DNA of 64,000 bases from Malacoraja senta. Lineage: Eukaryota. The notes beneath the pieces are model-generated. The model was not told the DNA's origin and did not search any database. It saw only the letters and a program-made list of their open reading frames with translations. The translations under genes and the position numbers were made by a program. Shown here piece by piece: positions 25,966 to 37,719 of the stretch; the first letter of the stretch is position 1; each line of letters begins with the position of its first letter. The stretch is from the NCBI GenBank assembly GCA_038087875.1, contig CM075988.1, forward strand, positions 5,456,001 to 5,520,000. The letters are read 5' to 3'.

Positions 25966-28900
25966 TGCCTTACGATGGAGCGTTCTTGAATTGCAACAAG
26001 ACGCAATGTTGTCTGACATTGATACCCCTGATTTGGCACTCACTCTGAGTTGGGGTTATCAGGTCGCTGCCTACAGCAGCCACCAGGACTAGCCATGCAA
26101 TTCGATACTCTGTTGGTATCCTCCTTCCCCAAACAGGCTGCACGTGCTAGCGACTCCAAATCATGCTCCTTCCCGATGCCAACTCCGTCTATATGGAAGA
26201 ATTGGAGTACCTCTGGCCCCCATACATCAGACATAGTGGGAAATGCTGGAACAAGCTTAACAATTATTTGTCATAGCCAAAGACATTTATGTGAATGAAG
26301 AGGCCCATCCCAGTTAAACCTGGGCTTTATTTACTTGTACTATGAGTAAACCGGCGTCTTGGGGAAGAAACCGTGCATAGTCCCTTTTAATGAGCAGCAA
26401 TTACTATGACGCCACCTGGTGTAACTCCCACAGGTGACTGATAATATGGCTCTACAAGGCTTCCCATCTCCTTAATTGAATAAATGATAATCATCTATCT
26501 CAGTATAATAGTCACAATGTGACCAAGTGGTAACTATAATGTCTACCCTTTTGAACGCTTCTCAAAATTGCATTCGTCTTTAATTTGGAGTGCAACCTGA
26601 AACCTCCTCAGAATTAGCAGAAATTGCTACTTTTTCACCTCGACACATAAGGGTGATAAACCACTAATCTCTCTTCCTGAGTTGAGGTTGGAGTCAGCCA
26701 CACACTGACCCTTTGTACTCCTCTCCACTGAGGAAGTGATAAGCAGCCCTGAGCCTTACTCCTCTCCACTGAGGACATACATATATAACAGAGGGGACCC
26801 TCCTGGCCAGGCTCCACATATTTCAAACATATATGGGATGCCAAAGTCAGGTCCTTCCTCAATGAGCCGGGTAGTAACCCGACGACCATGCTCAGTCTGC
26901 ACCCCCACTCGGGAGTCGCTGACCTTACTGTCAGCGACTCTCTCAAGAAGTCCGACGGCCACCGGCTCCTCACTTTACCGTGGACCGTAGCCGGTATCCC
27001 CGCGGTCTAGAGAACCCCGCAGCCCCTATTTAAAACATATCTCTGGAGTCGCTGACCTGCCTGTCAGCGACTCGAAACAGCAAGCCTAACAGCCACCTCT
27101 ATGGTGACCACAGCTTGCTTCAACCCGCGTCTATAAATAAACCCGCGGCCTGAATTAAACCTCGGGAGTCGCGGACCGTTCTGTCCGCGACTCCACCAGC
27201 AAAACCCACCGGCAGCCTGCTACCGCACTCCCGCGGTCCGAAGCCGCATCCCCGCGGTCCACAATTTCTCCGCGGTCCACCGGGTTTTTACTGAAATTTC
27301 CATGTCCACCAGGAACCTGGGGAAATGATTTCTGCAACGGACAACCTGAAAAGTAAGTTTAAACTTACCTGCAGGATTTTTTCAAACTTACCGCTGGAGA
27401 ACTCTGTTCCTCCCAGCCTGTCTGCGCCAATGCGACCGACGTAATGACGCGCATGTGCCCTGACGGGTCTTCTTCACGTAGTCACTCACGTGACTCCGAA
27501 GTAAAATTCCACAGATTCACCACAATATGATTAAAGAAATTCCTGCTCATCTGCTTCCTAAAGGAACGTCCTTTAATTCTGAGACTACGACCTCTAGTCC
27601 TAGACTCTCCCACTAGTGGAAACATCCTCTCCACATCCACTCTATCCAAGCCTTTTACTATTCTATACGTTTCAGTGAGGTCCCCCATCATGTATAAATC
27701 TATGACTGAGGTTCCGCTATCTTCATCTGCAATATTAATGATACGGCACGGTGGGGTAGTTTGCTGATGCAATGTTCACAACTCCTCAGTAATGACACGG
27801 TCAATGCCCACTTACTGCAGGAACAGAGCAACATTCAGGCACCCTCCTTTTTACAGGAGACTTTCAAATTCCTACCATCCACTTTGTTCAGAAACATTTC
27901 CTAACTTTAATTTTGAAATGCCGAGTTCCAATGTTCAGAAACGAGGCCATCGTCCAAAGTTCCCAGTCTGCAAAAAAAAATTATGATTTAGAAAAATGTC
28001 CTTCAGCCTTCTAAACTTCAGCCAATGGAACCTTACTTTCTATAATCCCTGGACAAATTAATCCTTGAAGTCCAGGTATATTTCTGATAAAATTTGCAGG
28101 AGGATCTTGATCGGTTGGGCAGGCGGGCTGAAGATGGTGAATGGAATTAATGGTTGATGCTTAATACAGAGAAATATGAGGTGTTGTGTTTTGGGAAGTC
28201 TAACATGGCAGGACCTAAACAGCGAATGGTAGAGCTCTGGAAAGTGTCATAGAACAGAGGGATCTAGGAGTGCAGGTGCATAGGTCCTTGAAAGTGGCAG
28301 CATAAATTGATGGGGTAGTCAAATTGGTCTTGGTCAGTCAGAGTTTTGAGTACAGACGTTAGGAGGTCATGTTGCAGTTATATAGCATATTGGTGAGGCC
28401 ACATTTAGTGTATTGTGTTCAGTTTCGGGCACAATTTCAGTTATAGAAATGATGTTGTCAAGCTGGAAAGGGTGCAGAGAAGATTTAGAATAATGTTGCC
28501 AGGACTCGAGGTCCTGATCTATAGATAGAGGTTGAGCAGGCTAGGACTCCAGTCCTGGAGCACAGAAGGATGAGAGGTGATCTTGTAGAGGTATACAAAA
28601 CCATGAGGAGGAATAGGTCAGATAAATGCACAGAGTCTCTTGCCCAGAGTAGGGAAATTGAGAAACAGAGAACATGGGCTTATGTTAAGGGTTGAAAGAT
28701 TTATTAGGAACCTGAGGGGTAACTATTTTACACAAAGGGTGGTGGGTGTATGGAATGAGCTGCCAGAGGAGGTAGTTGAGGCACTATCACAAGAAACATT
28801 TAGACAGGATATGGATATGATAGGTCTAGAGCAGGGGTCGGCAACCTAGGGCCCAGGGGCCGGATGCGGCCCGTAACCCGAAATCATCTGGCCCGTGTGC

Positions 28901-29399
28901 GTATTTTTTTCTGAGGACTTCCGTCATCTAGAATCCGAGAACAAGAGCAGACAGTGCGCGCGGCAAATCTCCGACTAGCTGTGGCGGAAAGCGATTGTTA
29001 CCTAATATTGAGAGACTGTCGAGCGAAAAACAACACGAAGTTTCGCCCTAACTGCTATGAGACAGACAAACAGACTGACATAGAGGGGTGAGAGTAGTTT
29101 CAATACCAGTGTCTCAAACTAACTGCTATGTTCAGTAGACATAATGTTGCTTAATTATATAAATATGTCAACATTTAGTTAGTACTAGACTAAGTGGGAC
29201 CCGTTGGGTCCCATGTTCACACGTGAGGGCTGGTCCCCCAACGCAAAATTCCACCTCTCCACCAATTCCAATATTGGTGGCCAGCGGGGGGGGGGGGGGG
29301 GGGGGTGAGAGGGTTTCTGGAGCTCTGGTATGGGTGTTGTGGGCCGAAGGGACTGGTTTCCAGAGGGCTAGTATGGACATTGTGGGCTGAATGGATTCT

Positions 29400-29685
29400 T
29401 GGGCTGGCAGCTCAGTCACTCGGGCCTGGTGGGCTGGCAGCTCAGTCACTCAGGCCTGGCGGGCTGGCAGCTCAGTCATTCAGGCCTGGTGGGCTGGCAG
29501 CTCAGTCACTCAGGGCTGGTGGGCTGGCAGTTCAGTCACTCAGGGCTGGTGGGCTGGCAGCTCAGTCACTCAGGGCTGGTGGGCTGGAGCTCAGTCACTC
29601 AGGGCTGGAGGGCTGGCAGCTCAGTCACTCAGGGCTGGTGGGCTGGCAGATCAGTCACTCAGGGCTGGTGGGCTGGCAGTTCACT
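29400..29685. repeat. 30-bp minisatellite, 9-10 units
   Basis: gggctggcagctcagtcactcagggctggt. Confidence 0.9.
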
Positions 29686-29714
29686 TATGGCTATACCTTG
29701 AAATTCCATTACAA

Positions 29715-30058
29715 GCAGAGTGCAGGCCACCACATTCAATTTCATAGCATTTCAGGCAGAGTGCAGGCCACCACATTCAATTTCATAGCATTTCAGGCAG
29801 AGTGCAGGCCACCACCTTCAATTTCATAGCATTTCAGGCAGAGTGCAGGCCACCACATTGAATATCATAGCTCTTCAGGCGGAGTGCAGGCCACCACATC
29901 AATTGCACAGCATTTCAGGCAGAGTGCAGGCCACCACATTCAATTTCACAGCATTTCAGGCAGTGCAGGCCACCATATTCAATTTCACAGCATTTCAGGC
30001 AGAGTGCAGGCCACCACATTCAATTTCACAGCATTTCAGGCAGAGTGCAGGCCACCAA
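29715..30058. repeat. 41-bp minisatellite, 8-9 units
   Basis: cagagtgcaggccaccacattcaatttcatagcatttcagg. Confidence 0.9.
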
Positions 30059-31084
30059 ATTGCCAAACAACTCATTGCATTGTCATTAAGGGCTAACAAA
30101 TCATTTATTGCAAGTATATTGCAGACTCACAGTTCAGTTGATTCACAGCTTAGAATGACAGTTGTGGACTCTCCCTTGTGATCTTCCAAAGTGACTGACT
30201 CACATCTAGGCATCCGGGGTTTTATAGCCCTGCCCCCCCCCCCCCCGGAAGGGGCGTTACCTTCATCGTGGCGATTGACAGACGAGAGGACCAATCAGCT
30301 GATCTCAAGATTTTTTAAACACTCATAACTTATTTAATTTTCATCAATTGGGAAAATCCTCGGGGCTGCCTCAGCGGAGGAAGACTTTGAAAAAGATGAC
30401 CAAAAATCATAGCGATATATGGTAGTGTTTTTTCTAAAATCAATATACAGCGCAGACAGGAAGTGGTCAAGATGAAACGTTTAGTTATATAGTTTTGTTA
30501 TTACCTCCATTTATTAACTATGGCGATAGATGTGGCCCACCATCCACTCACAGACATGGGTCCTGGCCCCTATGCAGAACAAGGTTGCCGACCCCTGGTT
30601 GAGAGGGGTATGGGCCAAGCGCAGGCTGGTGGGGTTTGTATAGATGGGGCATGTTGGTCGGTGTTTACCATACTGTTTACCATACTGTATAACTCTATGA
30701 CTATGACTTGATCACTGGTCCTTCTCATGCCAATCTCTCCTTCCTCATAAGTGGTGTCCAGAATGACGAGATATACAAAAGTAATCAGCGTGGGTGTGTG
30801 GAAGTTTGCAAACTAGTTAGACTTCAAATGTTCAGTCTTGATTAAAGTAAAAATTGTATGCTGAAACTGCTCAATTTCATCTCATTGAACCCAGCTTTAA
30901 AAAAAAAATCATAATCAGACAAATAAACTATATTTAATTAGTTTTAGGATCAGATTGTTGATAGAGGATTTTGCAGCCTGTCTCATGTCTTATTATTTTC
31001 CAATTTACATCAGTGGTTTTTCCATTAATGTGACAGACTCAGCAGTCAAACAAGGTAGGACACACTTTGCTTTAATTTAGACTC

Positions 31085-32152
31085 TAGAGATACAGCGCAG
31101 AAACAGGCCCTTCGGCCCACTGAGTCTGCACCGACCAGCGATCACCCTGTACACCTGCACTATCCGACACACTAGGGACACTTTACAGGCAGAATTTTTT
31201 ACCGAAGCCAAATTAACCTACAAACCTGTACGACTTTGGAGTGTGGGAGGAAATCGGAGCACCCGGAGAAACCCACACAGCCACAGAGTCTCAGGTCTCT
31301 GGCATTGTAAAGCAGCAGCTCTACTGCTGCACCACCATGCCACCCGGCAATGGCGAGAGACTTGCACAGTTCGCACCCAAGGGCTAATCAGCAGTGTTTT
31401 CTTGGAGTGAGATGGGTTGTCTCCATTGGACGTGCATTGTGTAGCCTAATATAAATCACAAATAAAAACACAAAGTGCTGGAGTGACTCAACGGGTCAGG
31501 CAGTATCTCTGGAGAACATGAATAGGCGATGCTTCGGGTCTCATGTTGTCGACCTCCCCGTGGTGAGCCCGGTCAACTGACCTCAGTCAGGCGAACGACA
31601 ACAAACAGAGACAGCAGCAGCGCCGCTGCTTGGCGACAACCGGAAACCATAGCGCCCTTTTTAGGGCGGGCACCTACGGATGTCGAACCGGATGGCATCA
31701 CCCTTCTGCAGCTGAATTATGCTGCCTCAAATGCAAGAAGAAGAAGAAGAAGAAGGAGACACACTTCTTCTGGACTCCAGCACTTTGTGTCCTTTTCTGT
31801 AAACCAACATGAGCAGTTCCTTGTTTCGACACCACCACAGTTTACAGGACAGCATGGGCCAACAGCGGCACAGTGGCTCAGCGGTAGAGTTGCTGCCTTA
31901 CTACGCCAGGGACCCAGGTTGGATCCTGACTACGGGTGCTTGTCTGTAGGGAGTTTGTACGTTCTCCCCGTGAGCTCGTGGGCTTTCTCCGAGATATTCG
32001 GTTTCCTCCCACACTCCAAAGATGTAAGGGTTTGTAGATTAATTGGCTTAGTATGAATGTAAATTGTCGATAATGTGTGTGTAGGATAGTGTTAGTGTGC
32101 GAGGATCACTGGTCGGTGAGGTGCCCACTGTATCTCTAAAACTAAAAACTAA
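31085..32152. mobile_element. Two HE1-type SINEs (31085-31345 minus; 31865-32152 plus) flanking a Penelope-derived inverted pair
   Basis: V-domain and tails; gagtgactcaacgggtcaggcag / actccagcactttgtgtc. Confidence 0.7.
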
Positions 32153-33214
32153 AATGACAATTATTGGGGCTTTATGTATTCTGCGTACAAAGCACCAGAT
32201 GCACTCATGTGGCCTCTTTGACCCACACACCAAAGATGGGTGTGTTGGAAGATTAATTGGCCACTGTAAATTCCCCTCAGTATGTTGTCCACTGGTAAAA
32301 TAGGCTTGTCCAGGTGGAGACGCCTGTCCGTGTCTAACACCAGCCACGTATTTGTCCTGCCTCCCTTCTGCCTGACCTGCTGAGTTACTGCAGAACCTTT
32401 TTTCTGTGAAGCAGCATCTGCGGTTCCTTGTTTCTACCTCCAAGTAGAAATCCTCATTGGTCATAATTAGAGATGCAGAGGGCTGGAACTGTCAAGATCC
32501 AAGTGAGTTTTTCAGAGATAGAGAGTCCTGAGGAAATTGAAGCATTTCATTTATAGAATGTTGGTTTTCGTCCAGAAGCAAGGTCAGACCTGGAGTCAAC
32601 GTGGTTCAGTGAACACAGGACTGAGCCAACAGGTTGAGGATTCCTTTCTCTCTATGATTTTATGAGAGTGAAATGCTAGTCAGACCTTTCCCAGGCTAAT
32701 GAGATGTAAAAGTCTAAGAGATGCCAAGGCAATGAACTAATCTTTGTAATTTTACAAAATGATAGTATTCAATTATTTTCAATAATTACATGGATAGGAC
32801 AAGTTTAGAGGGTTATGGGCCAAATGCAGGCAGGTAGGACTAGTGTAGCTGGGACATGTTGGTCGGTGTGGGCAAGTTGGGCCGAAGTGCCTGTTTCCAT
32901 GCTGTATCACTCTATAACACTATTAATATTTGCACAACAAACAATAACAAATCATCCACTACCATAAAGCAAAATTGCCAATATGCTTACTACTAAACAT
33001 CTAATTACTATATTACAATCCTGTTCCAGGATACAGTCAATCCCGCACAGTGCCCAGAGGTCCCAGAACTCCTCCATGCTGCCATGGTGCCCCTGGACAT
33101 TGGGTGTTCTTTTTCATGGAACACCCAGGCACGGACGTAACCCTGGAAAAGGGGCAGGCAATCAGCTCAGGCAGAGCCCTTGTCTGCCAGGTGCCATGAC
33201 CCAGTGAACTCATT

Positions 33215-33515
33215 TGGTTTAGAGATACAGTGCAGAAACTGGCCATTCGGCCCACTGAGTCTGCACCGACCAGTGATCCCTGTACTTACACTATCCTACA
33301 CACACTAGGGACTATTTGCATTTATACCAGGCCAATTAACCTACTGACCTGTACTTCTTTGGAGTGTGGGATGAAACTGAAGATCTTGGAGAAAACCCAT
33401 GCAGTCATGGGGAGAACATAAAAACTCCGTACAGACAGCACCCATAGTGGGGTTCGAACCTGGGTTGCTGGAGGTGAAAGGCAGCAACTCTATTGCTGCA
33501 CCAGCTTGCCACCCA
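33215..33515 (-). mobile_element. HE1-type SINE
   Basis: Reverse-complement match to family. Confidence 0.8.
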
Positions 33516-34015
33516 ATTCTTGTGGCTTCGTGACTGATGACAACAGCCCTCTCTGTTTGGATATATCTAGGGGGTTTTATGCCACTGGGCAGTCAGCGGT
33601 CGTAAGATGTTAGACTAATTTTTGTGACGAATCACCACAAAGTCATGAGATGGTCAAGGGCTCAGTGTCACCACAGTCTCCCTCTCCTGGGAAAACCCAG
33701 CATTAATCACAAGGTTTTGTGGAAGGTCGGAAGCAGAGGGTAATCTTAAGCTTGCCTTCAGACGGAGATTTTTACATGGTGGAAATCACAACACTGGAGA
33801 GTATATAGAAAGAAAGCTCATTTATATGGTAAACAGCAGCAGCAGACACACACAGGACAGGAGCTTTGATAAGAATAAAACATAAAGCAAAACAAAACAG
33901 ACAGTTAGCACTTATCAAATTCCCAGAAATAGCAATTTATCAAACGCGGATATTCTGTTTTATTGATGTAGGTCAACAGATAAATATTGGCCAGGACTCA
34001 CAGGGAAAGTCCCTG

Positions 34016-34505
34016 TAATAGAGTCATAGTTATACAATGTGGAGCAGGCCCTTCAGCCCAACTTACCCACACCAACCAACATGTCCCACCTATAGTAATC
34101 CTACCTGCCTGCATTTGACCCATATCCCTCTAAACCTGTCCTATCCATGTACCTGTCCAAATGTTTCTTCAACACTGCAATAGTACTTGCCTCAACTATC
34201 TCCTCCAGCAGCTCATTCCAGACACCCTCCACCCTCTGTATGAAAAAGTTACCCCTCAGGTTACTATTAAATCTTTCCTCCCTCACCTTAAACCTATGTC
34301 CTCTGGCTCTTGATTCCCCTACTCTGTGCAAGAGACTCCATGTGTCTTCCCAATCTATTCCTCTCATGATTTTGTACAGCTCTATAGGACCACCCCTCAT
34401 CCTCCTGCGCTCCAAGGAATAGAGTCTCAGCCTATTACACCTCTCCCTCTAGCTCAGGCCCTTGGGTGTCGTAAATCTCCCCAGTACCTTTTCCAGCTTG
34501 ACAAC
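34016..34505 (-). mobile_element. CR1/HER1 LINE 3' fragment
   Basis: LYKIMRGID..RGHRFKVR..QRVEGVWNELLEE. Confidence 0.85.
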
Positions 34506-35302
34506 ATATTTCCTAAAATATCATGAGGTCCTTCTTATCCCATCGAGAGAGAGGATCGGGCCTCAGTTTGACACAGTATCTGAAAGATGGCTGATTTGAA
34601 GCACTCGATAAGATTCAAGGTCAGCTACTGGAAGCGAGCGATGGTGACCTCGTGTACGGAAGTGGAAGAGGAGTTTGCGGAGGTCACATGTCATGGAGTG
34701 GGCTCCAGAGGAGCCAACAGTAGCTGGGGGAGGATGCAGGGATCAAACAACAGTGGAGGGCCCACAGATGTCTTACGAGTGCACAGATCCGGTGTGACCG
34801 GATTCAAGAGAGAGTTAGATTTAGTTCTTGGGGCTAAAGGAATCAAGGGATATGGGAAATAAGCATGAATGGGGTTCTGATTTTGGATGATCACCCATGA
34901 TTATATTGAATGGTGGTGCTGGCTCGAAGGGCCGAATGGCCTACTCTTGCACCTATTTTCTGTTTCTATTTTTCTATGACTTGCTATAGCTGTGCGGAGT
35001 GGCAGTGGAAGGCATCACTAGGCCAGGCTCACCCCTACATCACTGATCCAGTGCCGTCGCCAGGACAACGGGCCTTTAAAGCCAGGATTAGGCTGGACTT
35101 ATTTAAGAACTTAATTCTTGAAAGCTACACGATGGCACCTGAAAGGTGGCAAATCATTGTTAAGAAATCTACTATCTGTTAATATAGTTGATATATGTTA
35201 CTTACGTATAATTGTGCTTACGTATCGTATAATTTTACTTAACATAGACACAAAAAGCTGGAGTAACTCAGCGGGTCAGGCAGCGTCTGTGGAGAAAAGG
35301 AA

Positions 35303-35338
35303 TAGGTGACGTTTCGGGTCGAGGCCCTTCTTCAGACT
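35303..35338 (-). ncRNA. Minimal hammerhead ribozyme motif
   Basis: Reverse complement agtCTGAAGAagggcctcgacccGAAAcgTCacc. Confidence 0.55.
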
Positions 35339-36164
35339 TCCTGCACATATAATTTTACTAGATTGCATGCAAAACAAATCATTTCACTGTAGCTAGGTAC
35401 ATGTGGCAATAAAGTAATTATTACCAACTATTACTATTACTATTACTCTGAATCATCCTCAAGACTCCACCGATATATCAGTCTGGGTAATGGTCTTAAA
35501 TCTATGGAGTGTGACTTCAATCCAGTACTAAAGACATCAGGAGTGTAGATACTGGAACCTTGAGCAAGAGCAAAATGCTGGAGATACACAGCAGGTCAGG
35601 CAGCATCTGTGGAGGGAATGGAGAGGTGATATTTTGCGTTCAGACCCTTCTTCAGTCTGCTGACTCAGTCATGTGTTGAGAAAGTTATATTCGCTCCCAG
35701 TCAGACAAGATTCAAAATTAAAACATAATTTTTTTCAAATCTATCCACACTATCACTACCATCCCCTCTACAACCATCAGGCTATTAAAAACTACATAAG
35801 CTCCGAATTACATAGACTTAGAGGCATTGATTTGTCATTGCACCATTCTTGTTTGTTTATATATCAAGATTACTAAAAGTCTGATTGACCACTTTTGGCT
35901 CGCTGTGCTGTGATTTCCGAGAGAACGGCGTCACCTACGGCCGTCATTTTTGGCCACCTCGCTCAGAGCCACCCTCCGCCTTCCTGGACTGGAGGATTTT
36001 TCCCATCGATGAAAAATCAGAGAGATATTAATGTTTTTAATTTGTTTGCCATTCTCTCTGCTGCCCCTGCTGGTGGGAGGGGAGAGGGACTATAAAACCC
36101 GGAAGTGGTGTGCCTCACTCAGTCTCTGCAAGATGGAGGAAGCGAGAGGGTCACGTCTCTCTGA

Positions 36165-36660
36165 ATAACAGTAAACACATCACCCCGATCCTGGCCTCTC
36201 TCCACTGGCTCACTGTGCGGTTCCGTATAAACTTCAAGATCCTCCTACATGTCTACAAAGCCCTCAATGGGCTTGCCCCCACCTACATAAAAAGTCTTCT
36301 CACCCACCACTCCACCTCCAGGCCCCTCAGATCGGCCGACTTGGGGTTGCTGAATATCCCGCGGTCTAGGCATAAGCTCAGGGGCGACCGCGCCTTTGCG
36401 GTTGCAGCCCCTAGACTGTGGAATAGCATCCCCTTTCCCATCAGAACTGCCCCCTCCATCGACTCTTTTAAGTCAAGACTAAAGACTTATCTATACTCCC
36501 AAGCCTTTCCTGACGTCCTCTGAGTGAGGGCGACATGTATATATGTATGTAGTTTGTTTTGTTTGTGCTATTCTTATAACAAATGTAAAGCACTTTGGCC
36601 AACGAGAGTTGTTTTTTAAATGTGCTATATAAATAAATGTGACTTGACTTGACTTGACTA
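36165..36660 (+). mobile_element. L2 LINE 3' fragment with open ORF2 C-terminus, inserted in the Helitron
   Basis: HITPILASLHWLTVRFRINFKILL..GDRAFAVAAPRLWNSIP; (tgact)n tail. Confidence 0.9.
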
Positions 36661-36704
36661 CTCAACTGTGAGTGCCCTTAATGTGGTTTGAAAATGAAAA
36701 TATG

Positions 36705-37329
36705 GTTGGTTTCAAGTAAAAATGCACTGCAAATGGCTGTTTGGGGGGTTTGGGGTTGAAGTAAAAATGCAGTGCAAATGGCTGTTTGGGGGGTTTTGGG
36801 TTTAGGTGGAAATGCACTGCAAATGGCTGTTTGGGGGGTTTTGGGTTGAAGTAAAATTGTAGCGCAAATGGCTGTTTGGGGTTTTTTGCGTTTAGGTGGA
36901 AATGCACTGCAAATGGCTGTTTGGGGGGGGGGTTTGGGTTGAAGTGGAAATGCACTGCAAATGGCTGTTTGGGGGGTTTTGGGTTGAAGTGGAAATGCAC
37001 TGCAAATGGCTGTTTGGGGGGGTTTGGGTTGAAGTGGAAATGCACAGCAAATGGCTGTTTGGGGGGTGTTGGGTTGAAGTGGAAATGCACTGCAAATGGC
37101 TGTTTGGGGTTTTTTGGGTTGAAGTGGAAATGCACTGCAAATGGCTGTTTGTGGGGTTTTGGGTTGAAGTGGAAATGCACTACAAATGGCTGTTTGGGGT
37201 TTTTGGTGTTGAAGTGGAAATGCACTGCAAATGGCTGTTTGGGGGGTTTGGGTTGAAGTGGAAATGCACTGCAAATGGCTGTTTGGGGGGGTTTGGGTTG
37301 GTGGAAATGCACTGCAAATGGCTGTTTGG
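36705..37329. repeat. 45-bp minisatellite, 13-14 units
   Basis: gaagtggaaatgcactgcaaatggctgtttggggggttttgggtt. Confidence 0.92.
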
Positions 37330-37719
37330 CTAAACTTGACAACTTCCTGTTGGCACTATATTGATTTTATATTAAACGCTACCACTTATGGCTGTGATTT
37401 TTGGCCATCTTACTCAGTCCCCCTCCGCTCATCAGGTGCAGAGGATTCTTCCCATCAATGAATAATAAAAGTGTTATTAGTGTTTAAAAAATGTTGAGAA
37501 TCTCTCTCCTGTGAATCACGCCATGAAGGCCACACCTTTTCCGGTGGGACGGGGAGGGATTATAAAACCCGGAAGTGCGTGTGTGGCTCGGTCTCTGCAT
37601 GATGGGGGAGGGAGAGGTCGCGACTGTCTGAGCTGTGAATCAACTGAACACACTGGATGTCTACTGACCTGTGAGTGTGGTGTTTTGTGTGGTTTTATGG
37701 TGGTTTTATGATGGTTTTA

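Larger units (their letters stand above)
22768..27506 (-). mobile_element. DIRS1-like tyrosine-recombinase retrotransposon (decayed, termini intact), inserted in a CR1 3' fragment
   Basis: ITR match 22838-22873 vs 27445-27480; ICR 22995-23106 complementary to both termini; RH, MT and YR motifs; flanks rejoin to ggcaaagaa|ttccacagattcacc. Confidence 0.92.
29185..30493 (-). mobile_element. Non-autonomous Helitron
   Basis: Minus-strand 3' end GGGACCC-aac-GGGTCCC acttagt CTAG|T; 5' end ctatataactaaa; homologous to 35864-38366. Confidence 0.8.
28832..30597. mobile_element. hAT (Charlie-like) non-autonomous element
   Basis: 16-bp TIR caggggtcggcaacct / aggttgccgacccctg; 8-bp flanks gtctagag / gttgagag (6/8). 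Confidence 0.85.
28090..30710 (+). mobile_element. CR1/HER1 LINE 3' ~850 bp, split by a hAT MITE
   Basis: RNLRGNYFTQRVVGVWNELPEEVVEA; tail resumes at 30598. Confidence 0.8.
33905..35550 (-). mobile_element. Ancient Deu-domain SINE in three pieces (~33905-34015, 34510-34607, 35455-35550)
   Basis: gataaatattggccaggac; gggcctcagttt..tctgaaagatggc; tggagtgtgacttcaatcc, collinear with recalled SacSINE1/AmnSINE1 consensus. Confidence 0.6.

Noticed and set aside
29305..30181. Repetitive ORFs or a CRISPR-like array
   Set aside because: Head-to-tail minisatellites with no unique spacers, eukaryotic context, no cas genes
36662..37342. 226-aa ORF with 15-aa repeats and overlapping ORFs
   Set aside because: Artefact of a 45-bp minisatellite that is open in several frames on both strands
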